Below, piece after piece: positions 19,589-28,634 of a stretch of 58,519 nucleotides of DNA. Location of the stretch: positions 1 through 58,519 of the forward strand of contig SOKA01000065.1 of assembly GCA_004376105.1 (NCBI GenBank), read 5' to 3'. The notes beneath the pieces are model-generated. The model worked only from the letters and a program-made list of their open reading frames with translations, did no database searches and was not told the DNA's origin. The stretch comes from Dehalococcoidia bacterium. Its GTDB lineage: Bacteria; Chloroflexota; Dehalococcoidia; Dehalococcoidales; E44-bin46. Both the position numbers and the translations under genes were made by a program. Within the stretch, counting starts at the first letter, position 1; each line of letters begins with the position of its first letter.

Positions 19589-20851
19589 TTATAGCTTGAG
19601 TAGTTTCTCCAGAGGTGTATCGTTGGCGATAGGACCGACTACCGCTAGGCGGAGTTGATTACCTATTATTAGCTCTTGAGCTAACTGCTTAAGCTCCTCA
19701 GCAGTAATGGCATCAATAATGGATATTACCTGGTCAAGGCTAAGGATGCGTCCAGTGAGAATCTCTTGTCCCCCGAGCCAGCCGGCAACATTGCGGCTAT
19801 CCTCCATTCCTAGTATTAGGCGTCCTTTGGATAATTCCTTTGCCTTGGACAATTCAGATTCAGGGACTGTTTCCTTGAGTTGATAAAGTTGCTCCAGGAT
19901 AGCTTTGATGACTGTTTCCAGGTTTTTTGGCTCCACCCCGGCATAGACAATAACTGAGCCTGAGTCAAGGAAGTGCTCGACATAGCTATGAATGCTGTAG
20001 GCAAGTCCGAGCTTGTCGCGAATTTCGGTGAATAGGCGACTGCTCATGCCTGCCCCGAGGATGACATTAAGCAGGTCAAGGGTGAAGCGCTTGGGATGAA
20101 GGAGTGATAAGCCGGGTAGTGCCAGGCAGAGGTGGGCTTGCTCTATGTCCCGGGTCTCAATACGTAGCGGCTGGGTCGGTTGTTCCTTATAAACTGGATA
20201 TCCAAAATGCTGCCTCTGGTTAGCCCAGTTGCCTATAGCTTGGCTGACAGCGGTTACCACCTCTTGGTGCCGAATATTACCGGCAATGGCAACTACTGTG
20301 TTATCAGGTAGATATTGACCTTGAAGGTAGTTAAGCATTGTGTCTCTAGTAATGGCGGCCACTGATTCCTTGCTGCCAGCCACATCGCGTCCCAGGGGAT
20401 GCCCAGGCCATAGAAGCTCATCAATGAGCATGTTAACCTGTTGTGATGGAGAATCTCTACTCATATTAATCTCTTCAATGATAACCCGGCGTTCCCTTTC
20501 TATATGTTGAGGGTCAAACCTGGAATGGAATAGTATATCTGTTAGCACCTCCAGGGCTAGCTGGAAATGGGGTTGAGTTACCTTACACCAGTAGGTAGTT
20601 AATTCCTTATCAGTGCCCCCATTAAGGATTCCGCCCACCCCTTCTATTGCTTCGGAAATTTCCTTGGCAGTTGGTCGCCTTTGAGTGCCTTTAAACAACA
20701 GGTGCTCAATAAAATGCGAGGTGCCGGCTTCAGCCTCAGACTCATATCGGGAGCCGACCCCGATAAAGAAGCAGATAGATACCGAGCGGGTATGGGGCAT
20801 AGCACTAGTAATAACCCGCAGCCCATTATCCAGGGTTGTCTTTTGATACAA
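19589..20851 (-). CDS. M16 family (pitrilysin-like) zinc peptidase
   Basis: 420 aa with a TTG start after AAGAGGT and the HxxEH motif HFIEHLLFKGT. Confidence 0.85.
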   Translation of the reverse strand: MYQKTTLDNGLRVITSAMPHTRSVSICFFIGVGSRYESEAEAGTSHFIEHLLFKGTQRRPTAKEISEAIEGVGGILNGGTDKELTTYWCKVTQPHFQLALEVLTDILFHSRFDPQHIERERRVIIEEINMSRDSPSQQVNMLIDELLWPGHPLGRDVAGSKESVAAITRDTMLNYLQGQYLPDNTVVAIAGNIRHQEVVTAVSQAIGNWANQRQHFGYPVYKEQPTQPLRIETRDIEQAHLCLALPGLSLLHPKRFTLDLLNVILGAGMSSRLFTEIRDKLGLAYSIHSYVEHFLDSGSVIVYAGVEPKNLETVIKAILEQLYQLKETVPESELSKAKELSKGRLILGMEDSRNVAGWLGGQEILTGRILSLDQVISIIDAITAEELKQLAQELIIGNQLRLAVVGPIANDTPLEKLLKL

Positions 20852-20884
20852 TATTCTACCTCTTTAATTATTCTAGGTCATAAA

Positions 20885-20913
20885 TTGACTTCATTGTTAG
20901 GCACTGGTAACAT
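20885..20913 (+). promoter_or_regulatory. Candidate lysA promoter positioned for a leaderless mRNA
   Basis: TTGACT (20885-20890), 17-nt spacer, TAACAT (20908-20913), then 7 nt to ATG 20921. No SD is present. Confidence 0.45.
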
Positions 20914-20920
20914 TAGGCAA

Positions 20921-22228
20921 ATGATGGCTAAACTTTCTCTGTTTCCGTTAACCGCTGAGGTGAATAACCAGGGTCACCTCGTAATTGGTGGCTGTGATAC
21001 TGTAAACCTAGCTGCCGAGTTTGGCACGCCTCTATATCTCTTTGATGAATTTAGCTTGCGCAGTAAGTGCACCGAGTTCAAAGCCGAGTTTAGTCAGCGC
21101 TATAAAGATACCACAGTTATTTATGCCTGTAAAGCCTTTATAAATGGGGCTTTGGCAGTTATATTGAGGGAGGAGGGGCTGGGGCTAGATGTGGTCTCCG
21201 GTGGAGAGCTTAATATTGCCCAGTCTGTTGGCTTCCCCTTAGATAAAGTCTACCTCCATGGTAATAATAAATCAGCCGAGGAATTAATGCTGGCCTTAAA
21301 GTGGCATATTGGTTGCATAGTGGTGGACAATTTTCACGAGCTTAGAATATTGAGTGAAATGGCTAAGGAGCAAGGCTCTATACTTGATATATTGCTGAGG
21401 CTGTCTCCAGGGGTAGAGCCTCATACTCATAAATATATTGCTACCGGTATTGTTGATAGTAAGTTCGGTTTCCCCTTACGCAGCGGGGAAGAGGCTGTAG
21501 TTCAAGCCATGTCAGCCCCTAATCTGAACTTGGTCGGTTTGCACTTTCACCTAGGTTCTCTTCTCTTTGGGGTTGAGCCGTATCAGGAGGCTATTGAGCT
21601 TATGCTTGACTTTGCCGCTGAAATGAAGCAGAAACATCGGTTTGAACTCAGGGAACTAAATGTTGGTGGGGGGTTTGCTATTCAGTATACCCTGGATTCT
21701 CCAGCCCCACCCATTTCTGCCTATGCTGAAGTGATAGCATCTAAGGTTATTAGTAAATGCCGGCAGCTAAAGTTGGCACTGCCCCGGCTTACCGTTGAGC
21801 CAGGAAGGGCAGTAGTGGGACCGGCTGGGGTGGCATTATATACGGTGGGTGTGGTCAAGGACATACCAGGGGTCAGGTGCTATGTCTCAGTAGATGGTGG
21901 TATGGCTGACAATATCCGTCCTGCCCTTTATGGTTCTAAATATGAGGCAGTGGTAGCTAATAAGATGTTGGAAAAGGAAGCAAGGGAGGTTACTATTGCT
22001 GGCAGGTTTTGCGAGGCGGGTGATATATTAGTTAAAGGTATTGCTCTGCCCCCAGTTTCGGCAGGTGATATTATAGCTATACCCGGCTGTGGCGCATATT
22101 GCCTGCCCCAGGCAAGCAATTTTAACGCCTCACTTAAGCCAGCAATTGTTCTGGTCAATAAAGGTAAGGTACGCCTTATTCGGCGCCGGGAGACCTTTGC
22201 CGACCTGACCAAATGCGATTTAGTTTAG
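20921..22228 (+). CDS. lysA: Diaminopimelate decarboxylase
   Basis: 435 aa from ATG 20921. The longer track ORF overlaps the divergent M16 gene. It has FGTPLYLFDE and a PLP-dependent Orn/DAP decarboxylase pattern. Confidence 0.9.
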   Translation: MMAKLSLFPLTAEVNNQGHLVIGGCDTVNLAAEFGTPLYLFDEFSLRSKCTEFKAEFSQRYKDTTVIYACKAFINGALAVILREEGLGLDVVSGGELNIAQSVGFPLDKVYLHGNNKSAEELMLALKWHIGCIVVDNFHELRILSEMAKEQGSILDILLRLSPGVEPHTHKYIATGIVDSKFGFPLRSGEEAVVQAMSAPNLNLVGLHFHLGSLLFGVEPYQEAIELMLDFAAEMKQKHRFELRELNVGGGFAIQYTLDSPAPPISAYAEVIASKVISKCRQLKLALPRLTVEPGRAVVGPAGVALYTVGVVKDIPGVRCYVSVDGGMADNIRPALYGSKYEAVVANKMLEKEAREVTIAGRFCEAGDILVKGIALPPVSAGDIIAIPGCGAYCLPQASNFNASLKPAIVLVNKGKVRLIRRRETFADLTKCDLV

Positions 22229-22249
22229 AAGGTAATCGGAGATTTTAGG

Positions 22250-23266
22250 GTGTGGCAGGTAGTTGGTCAAACCAAGGCTGTTTCCTTACTCCAGCGTAGC
22301 CTGGAGAGGAAAGCTGTGGCTCATGCTTATCTTTTGGTTGGCCCCCCTCATGTGGGTAAAATGACTCTGGCTCTGGATTTAGCTAAGGCATTGAACTGTG
22401 AGGCATCTGAGCCCCCCTGTGGGGTGTGCGACTCATGTCAGAAAATAGCTTTAGCCAAGCATGCTGACGTTCAGATTATAGGCTTGACCAGAGACGGGAA
22501 TTCGGTTGAGACTAAGCCTCAGGCAGAAATCAGTATTGACCAGATTAGGCAAATGCAGCACTCAGCCAGCTTACCACCCTTTGAAGGTAGGTATAAGGTA
22601 TTTATTATTGACGGGGCTGAGCTCTTGTCAAATGAAGCGGCTAATTGCTTGCTTAAAACCTTGGAAGAGCCGGTGGGAAAGGTAATTTTTATTTTGCTAA
22701 CCACTAATGAGAGGTTACTGCCAGCCACTGTTATTTCCCGCTGCCAGCGACTGGAGTTACCCCCGCTAGTAGCTACCGAGGTAGAGACTGCCCTTAATAC
22801 CCGCTGGGGCATTGAGTTACAAAAGGCTAGACTTCTGGCTAGGCTTTCCCACGGCTGTCTGGGTTGGGCACTATCGGCTGCCCCTGACGGTGGTTTGCTT
22901 CAGCAGCGTGCTGAAAGAATGGACAGATTGCTTAATGTCATTGATGCTGATTGTGAGGAGCGTTTTGCCTACGCTACCCAGTTGGCAGCTCAGTTTAGCC
23001 AAAACAGGAGATTAGTCCAGGAGATTCTGGATTTATGGCTTGATTATTGGCGTGATCTGCTATTAATTAAGGTAGGGTGTGATGATACCATTACTAATGC
23101 TGATATGTTAGCTACGCTTGTTGACCAGGCCAGGGGTTATAGTTTGGTTGAAATAAAGAGCTTTATTAATAGCCTTCAAGCGGCTGAGGAACAGCTTAGG
23201 CAGAATGCCAATCCGCGACTGGTACTGGAGGTGTTAATGATTAGTATACCTAGGAGAGGTAGGTAA
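22250..23266 (+). CDS. holB: DNA polymerase III delta' subunit
   Basis: 338 aa with P-loop-like GPPHVGKMT, zinc module CGVCDSCQKI and the SRC motif ISRCQ. Confidence 0.85.
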   Translation: MWQVVGQTKAVSLLQRSLERKAVAHAYLLVGPPHVGKMTLALDLAKALNCEASEPPCGVCDSCQKIALAKHADVQIIGLTRDGNSVETKPQAEISIDQIRQMQHSASLPPFEGRYKVFIIDGAELLSNEAANCLLKTLEEPVGKVIFILLTTNERLLPATVISRCQRLELPPLVATEVETALNTRWGIELQKARLLARLSHGCLGWALSAAPDGGLLQQRAERMDRLLNVIDADCEERFAYATQLAAQFSQNRRLVQEILDLWLDYWRDLLLIKVGCDDTITNADMLATLVDQARGYSLVEIKSFINSLQAAEEQLRQNANPRLVLEVLMISIPRRGR

Positions 23267-23269
23267 AGG

Positions 23270-24100
23270 ATGGCTGAGATTGTTGGCATACGTTTCAAAA
23301 GAGCCGGTAGAGTATACTATTTCGACCCGGCAGGTATTGAGCTGGAGGTAAATGACTGTGTAGTGGTTAAGACAACGCGTGGCCTGGAGCTAGGATATGT
23401 GGTCATTTCTCCTGCGCAGGTATTGGACAGTGCGGTGACCGGACCGTTGAAGCCGGTAATGCGCAAGGCAAAACCCGATGATATTAAGCGTGCCCACGAA
23501 TTTGAAAGCAAGAATAGACAGGCTCTAGCTAAGTGTGGTGAGCTGATTGCTAAGCTACAACTACCAATGAAGCTGCTATCTGCTGAATACGACCTTAGTG
23601 GTAAGCGCCTTACCTTTTTCTTTAGTGCTGTCGAGAGGGTTGATTTCCGCGAGCTGGTTCGGGAGCTAACCAACCATTTCAAAGTACGGGTGGAATTACG
23701 GCAAGTAGGGCCTAGAGATGAAGCCAAGCTGATAGGTGGCTTTGGCAGGTGTGGTCGTCCGCTATGTTGTATGAGCTTCTTAAGCGAGTTTGCCCCTGTT
23801 TCTATTAAAATGGCAAAGGAGCAGGATTTACCCCTTAACCCAATGAAGATATCGGGTATTTGTGGTCGCTTGATGTGCTGCTTGGGCTATGAGGGTGAGC
23901 TATATCAGGTTATGAGGGAGAGATTGCCCAAGGAGGGGCAGCAAGTATCTACTCCTATGGGGGTAGCTAGTGTGGTTGGGGGTAATCCATTGAAGGAAAC
24001 GGTTTTGGTTGAGCTGGAGAGCGGGGCGACTGTGGAATTGCCTCTCAGTGAGATTACAATTGAGGCTGAACGTCCCCACCAGCAGGGAAAAGAGGGTTGA
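23270..24100 (+). CDS. yaaT: PSP1-domain protein (YaaT/RicT-like)
   Basis: 276 aa with the Cys cluster GRCGRPLCCMSF...CGRLMCCL. The holB-yaaT order is the same as in Bacillus. Confidence 0.85.
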   Translation: MAEIVGIRFKRAGRVYYFDPAGIELEVNDCVVVKTTRGLELGYVVISPAQVLDSAVTGPLKPVMRKAKPDDIKRAHEFESKNRQALAKCGELIAKLQLPMKLLSAEYDLSGKRLTFFFSAVERVDFRELVRELTNHFKVRVELRQVGPRDEAKLIGGFGRCGRPLCCMSFLSEFAPVSIKMAKEQDLPLNPMKISGICGRLMCCLGYEGELYQVMRERLPKEGQQVSTPMGVASVVGGNPLKETVLVELESGATVELPLSEITIEAERPHQQGKEG

Positions 24101-24118
24101 GCTGTTATAGATTGCTGG

Positions 24119-24652
24119 TTAGTTTTCAGTGGGGAGGTAATTTTGCCATTCACTCTGGGTTTGCAGGTAGTGATAGGGGATGTAAAAAGGGATGTTACCG
24201 TGTGGGGGAGAGGGATGGCGAATTAATTTCATCCCGGCTTCGTGTGGTGTTTTGCCTGCCTTACGACGATTACAAGATATACAAGCGCTAGCCACATTTT
24301 CCCAGGTGTGTTGACCACCTCGGTGTCGTGGGATGACATGGTCTAAGGTAAGTTGCCGAGTTTCCTTACCACAATACTGGCAGGTGTAGTGGTCACGATT
24401 GAAAACCTCAAGGCGAGTCAGCTTTCTCTCAGGTCGGGGGCGCTTAATCATATAAGCTATTCGGATTACTGAGGGCAGGGGGAAGATATAATTGGCTGAG
24501 TGGATAAATCCTGAACCATTCTCTAGCATCTCAGCCTTGCGTTGATAAATTAACACTACCGCTCGCCGGGCTCGACATATATTGAGTGGCTCATAATTCT
24601 GATTTAGCACTAGGACAGGAAGATTTATCATGGCTAAGGCTTCTCTATACAT
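24119..24652 (-). CDS. HNH endonuclease family protein
   Basis: 177 aa (or 170 aa from ATG 24631). The HNH core is CQYCGK...LDHVIPRHRGGQHTWENVASACISCNRRK, with a conserved N-terminal LVLNQNYEPL domain. Confidence 0.8.
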   Translation of the reverse strand: MYREALAMINLPVLVLNQNYEPLNICRARRAVVLIYQRKAEMLENGSGFIHSANYIFPLPSVIRIAYMIKRPRPERKLTRLEVFNRDHYTCQYCGKETRQLTLDHVIPRHRGGQHTWENVASACISCNRRKAGKTPHEAGMKLIRHPSPPHGNIPFYIPYHYLQTQSEWQNYLPTEN

Positions 24653-24710
24653 AAAAACTTACTCATTTTACTAAAAAACTTCTGACTATGCAAGCTTGAG
24701 TTTGGGCTTC

Positions 24711-26120
24711 TTAGCTCCGGCTCCCTTTCTTGCCCCGGCGAGGTATTTTCTTTTGGCTAGGCCGTAAATCACCTCGGTAGTCAGGGGCGATAATATTGAA
24801 TACCAGGCTGATTTTAGGGTCTACGAAGCGGGAGCTGATGGGACTATCAATTTCATCCAGTAAACAGCGGGTGGTAATTACTGTTGCCAGCCGGGCATTA
24901 TACCGATAGTTGATAACCTGGTAAAGCTTTTCCTGCGCCCAGGGGGTGGTTGTCTGCTCACCAAAGTCGTCCAGGACGAGTATAGGAGCCGTCTTTACTC
25001 TTTCAAATAGCTGGTCATAGGATACCTTGCTCTCGGGGCTGAAGGTGGAGCGTAGATGGTCAAGGAAATCAGGTACCACCACGAACAAGGCTGGCTCGTT
25101 AGCTTGATAGCGATAATTAGCGATAGCCGCGGCAAGGTGGGTTTTACCACAGCCGTTGACCCCTTGTAATATAAGCCAGCCATCGGGTGATTTGGCAAAG
25201 TCAAGGGCTAGGCGGAATGCCTGCTCCAAGTTCTGGCGCTGTTCTGGCAGCAGATTAACCCGCCTCCAGTCAAATTTGTCAAAGGTCATACTTTTTTGCA
25301 GCTCAAACTCTGGACCCCAGCTATATTCTAATGAGGCTTGTTTTTCCTCAACTACGTATATATGACACAAATCAGGGTCAGTTAGACGGGTGCGTATCCT
25401 TTCCTCTAGCTGTTTAATAGGGATGATAGTAACAATTACGGTAGGCAGTTCACTATTAAAGCGATGATTTAGTAGTTGGTCCAATTTTTCTTTAGCCCAG
25501 GGTGTGCTAGTTTGAGCACCTAAATCATCTAAGATTAATAATGGAGCATTACGCACTTGGTTAAAGAACTCATCATAAGGTATTTCACTATTGGGGCTGA
25601 AGGCAGAACGCAGGTGGTCCAGGAGGTCGGGGGTGGTAATAAAGAAAACAGGATAACTATGGCTAAGGCGCTCGTTGGCGATAGCCGCTGCCAGGTGCGT
25701 CTTGCCACAGCCACCGGGACCAACCAGGATTAACCATCCTTTGGGTTCGCTAGCGAATGTTTTGGCTGCCTGGTAAGCGTGGGCAAATTGCTCCTGGTTG
25801 ATAGGATTCCCGCTTCTCCCTTGAGGGAGTAGGTTGTCAAAGGTGAAGCGAGTTAGCGAGCCCAAGTTACTATATCGTATTAAGCGGGTTTGGCGCTCTT
25901 TATCTAATTCGCCTCGGGTGCAGCGGCAGGCAATAACTCGGTTAAAATCTGGCTTCCCTGAGGGTAGACGAGGATGAACAAATCCTGCCCCTTTGCAAAT
26001 AGGACAGACTGAACCTGGTGGGGCTTCTTCTGGTTCTTCAGCGCCTGACCATATGGCCATATTTTTGCTTGATGTATTTATCTGGGGCTGTCTTTTTAAA
26101 ATCTTGCCTATATGTTCCAT
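24711..26120 (-). CDS. Helicase-loader-like protein: N-terminal CxxCxGxG zinc finger plus two tandem DnaC/DnaI/IstB-type AAA+ modules
   Basis: 469 aa. Walker A motifs are GPGGCGKTHLAAAIAN (residue ~134) and GVNGCGKTHLAAAIAN (residue ~320). Walker B motifs are LLILDDLG and ILVLDDFG. The module offset is 186 aa. ATG 26120 is preceded by GAAGGA. Confidence 0.75.
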   Translation of the reverse strand: MEHIGKILKRQPQINTSSKNMAIWSGAEEPEEAPPGSVCPICKGAGFVHPRLPSGKPDFNRVIACRCTRGELDKERQTRLIRYSNLGSLTRFTFDNLLPQGRSGNPINQEQFAHAYQAAKTFASEPKGWLILVGPGGCGKTHLAAAIANERLSHSYPVFFITTPDLLDHLRSAFSPNSEIPYDEFFNQVRNAPLLILDDLGAQTSTPWAKEKLDQLLNHRFNSELPTVIVTIIPIKQLEERIRTRLTDPDLCHIYVVEEKQASLEYSWGPEFELQKSMTFDKFDWRRVNLLPEQRQNLEQAFRLALDFAKSPDGWLILQGVNGCGKTHLAAAIANYRYQANEPALFVVVPDFLDHLRSTFSPESKVSYDQLFERVKTAPILVLDDFGEQTTTPWAQEKLYQVINYRYNARLATVITTRCLLDEIDSPISSRFVDPKISLVFNIIAPDYRGDLRPSQKKIPRRGKKGSRS

Positions 26121-26751
26121 CGCCTTTTCCTTCTGATGACCAGCGCTCTAAAATCCGGGCAATGTATCGCCAGTTTCGTTTGTTAAGCGAAACCGCCTCT
26201 TTGATGGCATCCTTAATCCAGGTTTCAGGGTATAATTTCTCTGCCTCAAGTAGTTCTTCAGCAATCATCGGGGTTAGCATGCCGATGTTCTGTTCATAAA
26301 GGGTGAAGATGTCGGGTTGTTCCTCGGTCTCAATAGACTTTTGTCCCCTAGTTTTTAGCCCAGTAAGGGAAAGCTCACCATTTTGAATTTTAGCCACAAT
26401 CTGTTTATCGTAGTCAGTATTGAGAAAATAAATATCCTGGGGCACTCCATCTCTATCTAATACTATATGAAGGATAGTTCCCCGCCTGGTAGCCATTTCC
26501 AGGGCTTGGCGCAATACCTCGTCTGGAGGCTTGGTTGCTTCCTTGAGGCTGCGCATTAGGCTCGTATTACTTAACAGCTCCCTATAAGTAATGAAGCGGG
26601 GATAGCCTCGTTTGCGGTAAAGTGCCCCAAGAATATGGAGGGTTGTCTTGAGCTCAGTAATGTCGCTGATTTGTGGTAGTAGTGTGCTGAAGAAAAAATT
26701 GGGCAGGGGGGTAAACTGCATCTTGGCTGGGAAACCAGTAAACTGCTTCAT
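26038..26751 (-). CDS. DnaD-domain replication/primosome protein
   Basis: 237 aa. The C-terminal DnaD-type repeat is LYEQNIGMLTPMIAEELLEAEKLYPETWIKDAIKEAVSLNKRNWRYIARILERW. Its start overlaps the dnaB stop (ATGA). Confidence 0.72.
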   Translation of the reverse strand: MKQFTGFPAKMQFTPLPNFFFSTLLPQISDITELKTTLHILGALYRKRGYPRFITYRELLSNTSLMRSLKEATKPPDEVLRQALEMATRRGTILHIVLDRDGVPQDIYFLNTDYDKQIVAKIQNGELSLTGLKTRGQKSIETEEQPDIFTLYEQNIGMLTPMIAEELLEAEKLYPETWIKDAIKEAVSLNKRNWRYIARILERWSSEGKGDGTYRQDFKKTAPDKYIKQKYGHMVRR

Positions 26752-28130
26752 AATAATAGACTCGGCTCTTCGTTGGCAATATTTTCGAACTTGGCTAGCT
26801 TAGGTATGAAGCGCAGGTTTCTCTGTCCGGTAGGACCGTTACGATGCTTGCCAATTATGACATCAGCCGGAGGAGGGTAGGTTTCACCTGGATGTGCATC
26901 TTCCCACTCCTTTCGGGTGGCATAATAGACTTCGTCTCGGTAGATAAACAAAACAACATCAGCATCCTGTTCAATGCTGCCGCTTTCACGCAGGTCGGAA
27001 AGTTGAGGTTTATGTGAAGCCCGCCACTCTACAGCTCGGCTGAGCTGGGATACGGCTAGCACTGGCACATTAAGCTCACGAGCTAATCCCTTAAGGGAAC
27101 GAGAGATAAAGCTAATCTCCTGAACCCTGTTTTCTCCTCTGCCATCCCCCTGCATCAGTTGCAGGTAGTCGACAATAATGAGGTTGATGCCACGCTCGTA
27201 GTGGAGTCGTCGAGCTTTGCTTCGCATCTCTACCACCCGGAGTTGAGCAGAATCATCAATATAGATTGGGGCTTCAGAAAGGATGCCGGTGGCATCCATA
27301 ATCCGTTTTTCATCCTCTTCATCGTGAAGTCCGAGACGAACCCGCCTTGAACTGACTCCAGATTCACTGGATAGCAAGCGTAGCACCAATGGCTCCCGTG
27401 CCATCTCTAGGTTGAACAGAGCCACGCAAGCTCTCTGCTCCACGGCAGCATTTCTGGCGATGTTAAGAGCTAGGCTGGTTTTGCCCATGCTGGGTCTACC
27501 AGCAATGATAATTAAGTCAGAGCGCTGGAATCCGCCTAGAAATTCATCTAGCCCGGTAAAACCTGACAGCACATAGGGGATTGCCTCAGGGTAGCCTTCT
27601 TCGGTAGCTGGGCTGGGAGCAGCAGTTTCAAAATACTTGTCTAGCACCTGGCGGATAGGGACTAGGTCTCGGGTGAATTGCCCCCGACGCAGTCTGAATA
27701 GGGTATCCTCAGCCCGACTAAGGCTGGCATCAACATTAGGGTCAGCTTCATAACCGATATCCGCAATTTGGTTAGCGGCCTTAATAAGGTGGCGCATTAC
27801 CGATAAGCGATAAACAATTTGAGCATAATGCTCAATATCGAGCGAGGTAGGGACTATGGATATTAGGTGGCTTAAATAGGCGGCACCGCCACATGGCTCT
27901 AGTTTATTCTGGCGGTCTAACTCTTGAGCCACTGTAATTTGGTTTATAGCCTCATTGCGCTGGTAAAGCGATAGGCAAGCCCCGTATATCCATTGATTTT
28001 GTTCGCTGTAGAAGTCTGGCTGCTGAAGGAGGGTAGCAATTCTATAGATTGCTGTGCCCTCTATCAGGAGTGAGCCGATTACTGCTTCCTCAGCATTAAT
28101 ATCATGCGGGGGCAACTTTTCACCATACAA
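26748..28130 (-). CDS. dnaB: Replicative DNA helicase (DnaB family)
   Basis: 460 aa with the DnaB N-domain, Walker A GRPSMGKTS and a RecA-like C-domain. No intein is present. The rplI-dnaB order is the usual one. Confidence 0.95.
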   Translation of the reverse strand: MYGEKLPPHDINAEEAVIGSLLIEGTAIYRIATLLQQPDFYSEQNQWIYGACLSLYQRNEAINQITVAQELDRQNKLEPCGGAAYLSHLISIVPTSLDIEHYAQIVYRLSVMRHLIKAANQIADIGYEADPNVDASLSRAEDTLFRLRRGQFTRDLVPIRQVLDKYFETAAPSPATEEGYPEAIPYVLSGFTGLDEFLGGFQRSDLIIIAGRPSMGKTSLALNIARNAAVEQRACVALFNLEMAREPLVLRLLSSESGVSSRRVRLGLHDEEDEKRIMDATGILSEAPIYIDDSAQLRVVEMRSKARRLHYERGINLIIVDYLQLMQGDGRGENRVQEISFISRSLKGLARELNVPVLAVSQLSRAVEWRASHKPQLSDLRESGSIEQDADVVLFIYRDEVYYATRKEWEDAHPGETYPPPADVIIGKHRNGPTGQRNLRFIPKLAKFENIANEEPSLLL

Positions 28131-28131
28131 T

Positions 28132-28581
28132 TTAGTCCCTCTCCTCGGCGGTAACTGTAACCTTTATTCTGGGCATTATATCCTTAGCTAATCTAATAGC
28201 TACTTCATAGCTACCGAGCTGATGGATAGGTTCAGCTAACTCTATTTTCCTCTTGTCAACAGCTAACCCGGCACTGCTTTGCAACTCAGCAGCAATATCG
28301 GCGCTGGTAATCGAGCCATACAATCGGTCTTTAGCTCCGACTCGAGCTTTTAGGATGACCTCCTTTTCTTCTAGCTGATGGGCCAGCTCAACTAATGCCT
28401 CATCTGTTTGGTTCTGGGCGATTAATTTGGGCTGTGCTTCTATCCGACTAGTAGCTGGAGAATTAGCTAATAGGGCTAGCTTTTTGGGTATAAGAAAGTT
28501 CCTGCCGTAGCCATTAGCTACCTCTTTTATCTCACCAGCTCTACCCACATTAGGCACATCCTCTAAGAAAATAACCCTCAT
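28132..28581 (-). CDS. rplI: 50S ribosomal protein L9
   Basis: 149 aa from MRVIFLEDVPNVGRAGEIKEV. The longer track ORF adds 17 unlikely residues. Confidence 0.93.
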   Translation of the reverse strand: MRVIFLEDVPNVGRAGEIKEVANGYGRNFLIPKKLALLANSPATSRIEAQPKLIAQNQTDEALVELAHQLEEKEVILKARVGAKDRLYGSITSADIAAELQSSAGLAVDKRKIELAEPIHQLGSYEVAIRLAKDIMPRIKVTVTAEERD

Positions 28582-28634
28582 AACCTCTCTTTTTTCATTA
28601 TACTTCACTTGGTGATAAAGTAAAAGCCTCAATC

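Noticed and set aside
24119-26120. A P-loop ATPase followed by an HNH nuclease, read as a Septu-like (PtuA/PtuB) defence pair.
   Set aside because: The ATPase modules are DnaC/DnaI/IstB-type, not ABC/AAA15-type. The gene is translationally nested with the DnaD-like gene and the housekeeping rplI-dnaB pair. A replication role is the more economical reading, and the defence idea is kept only as a minor alternative.
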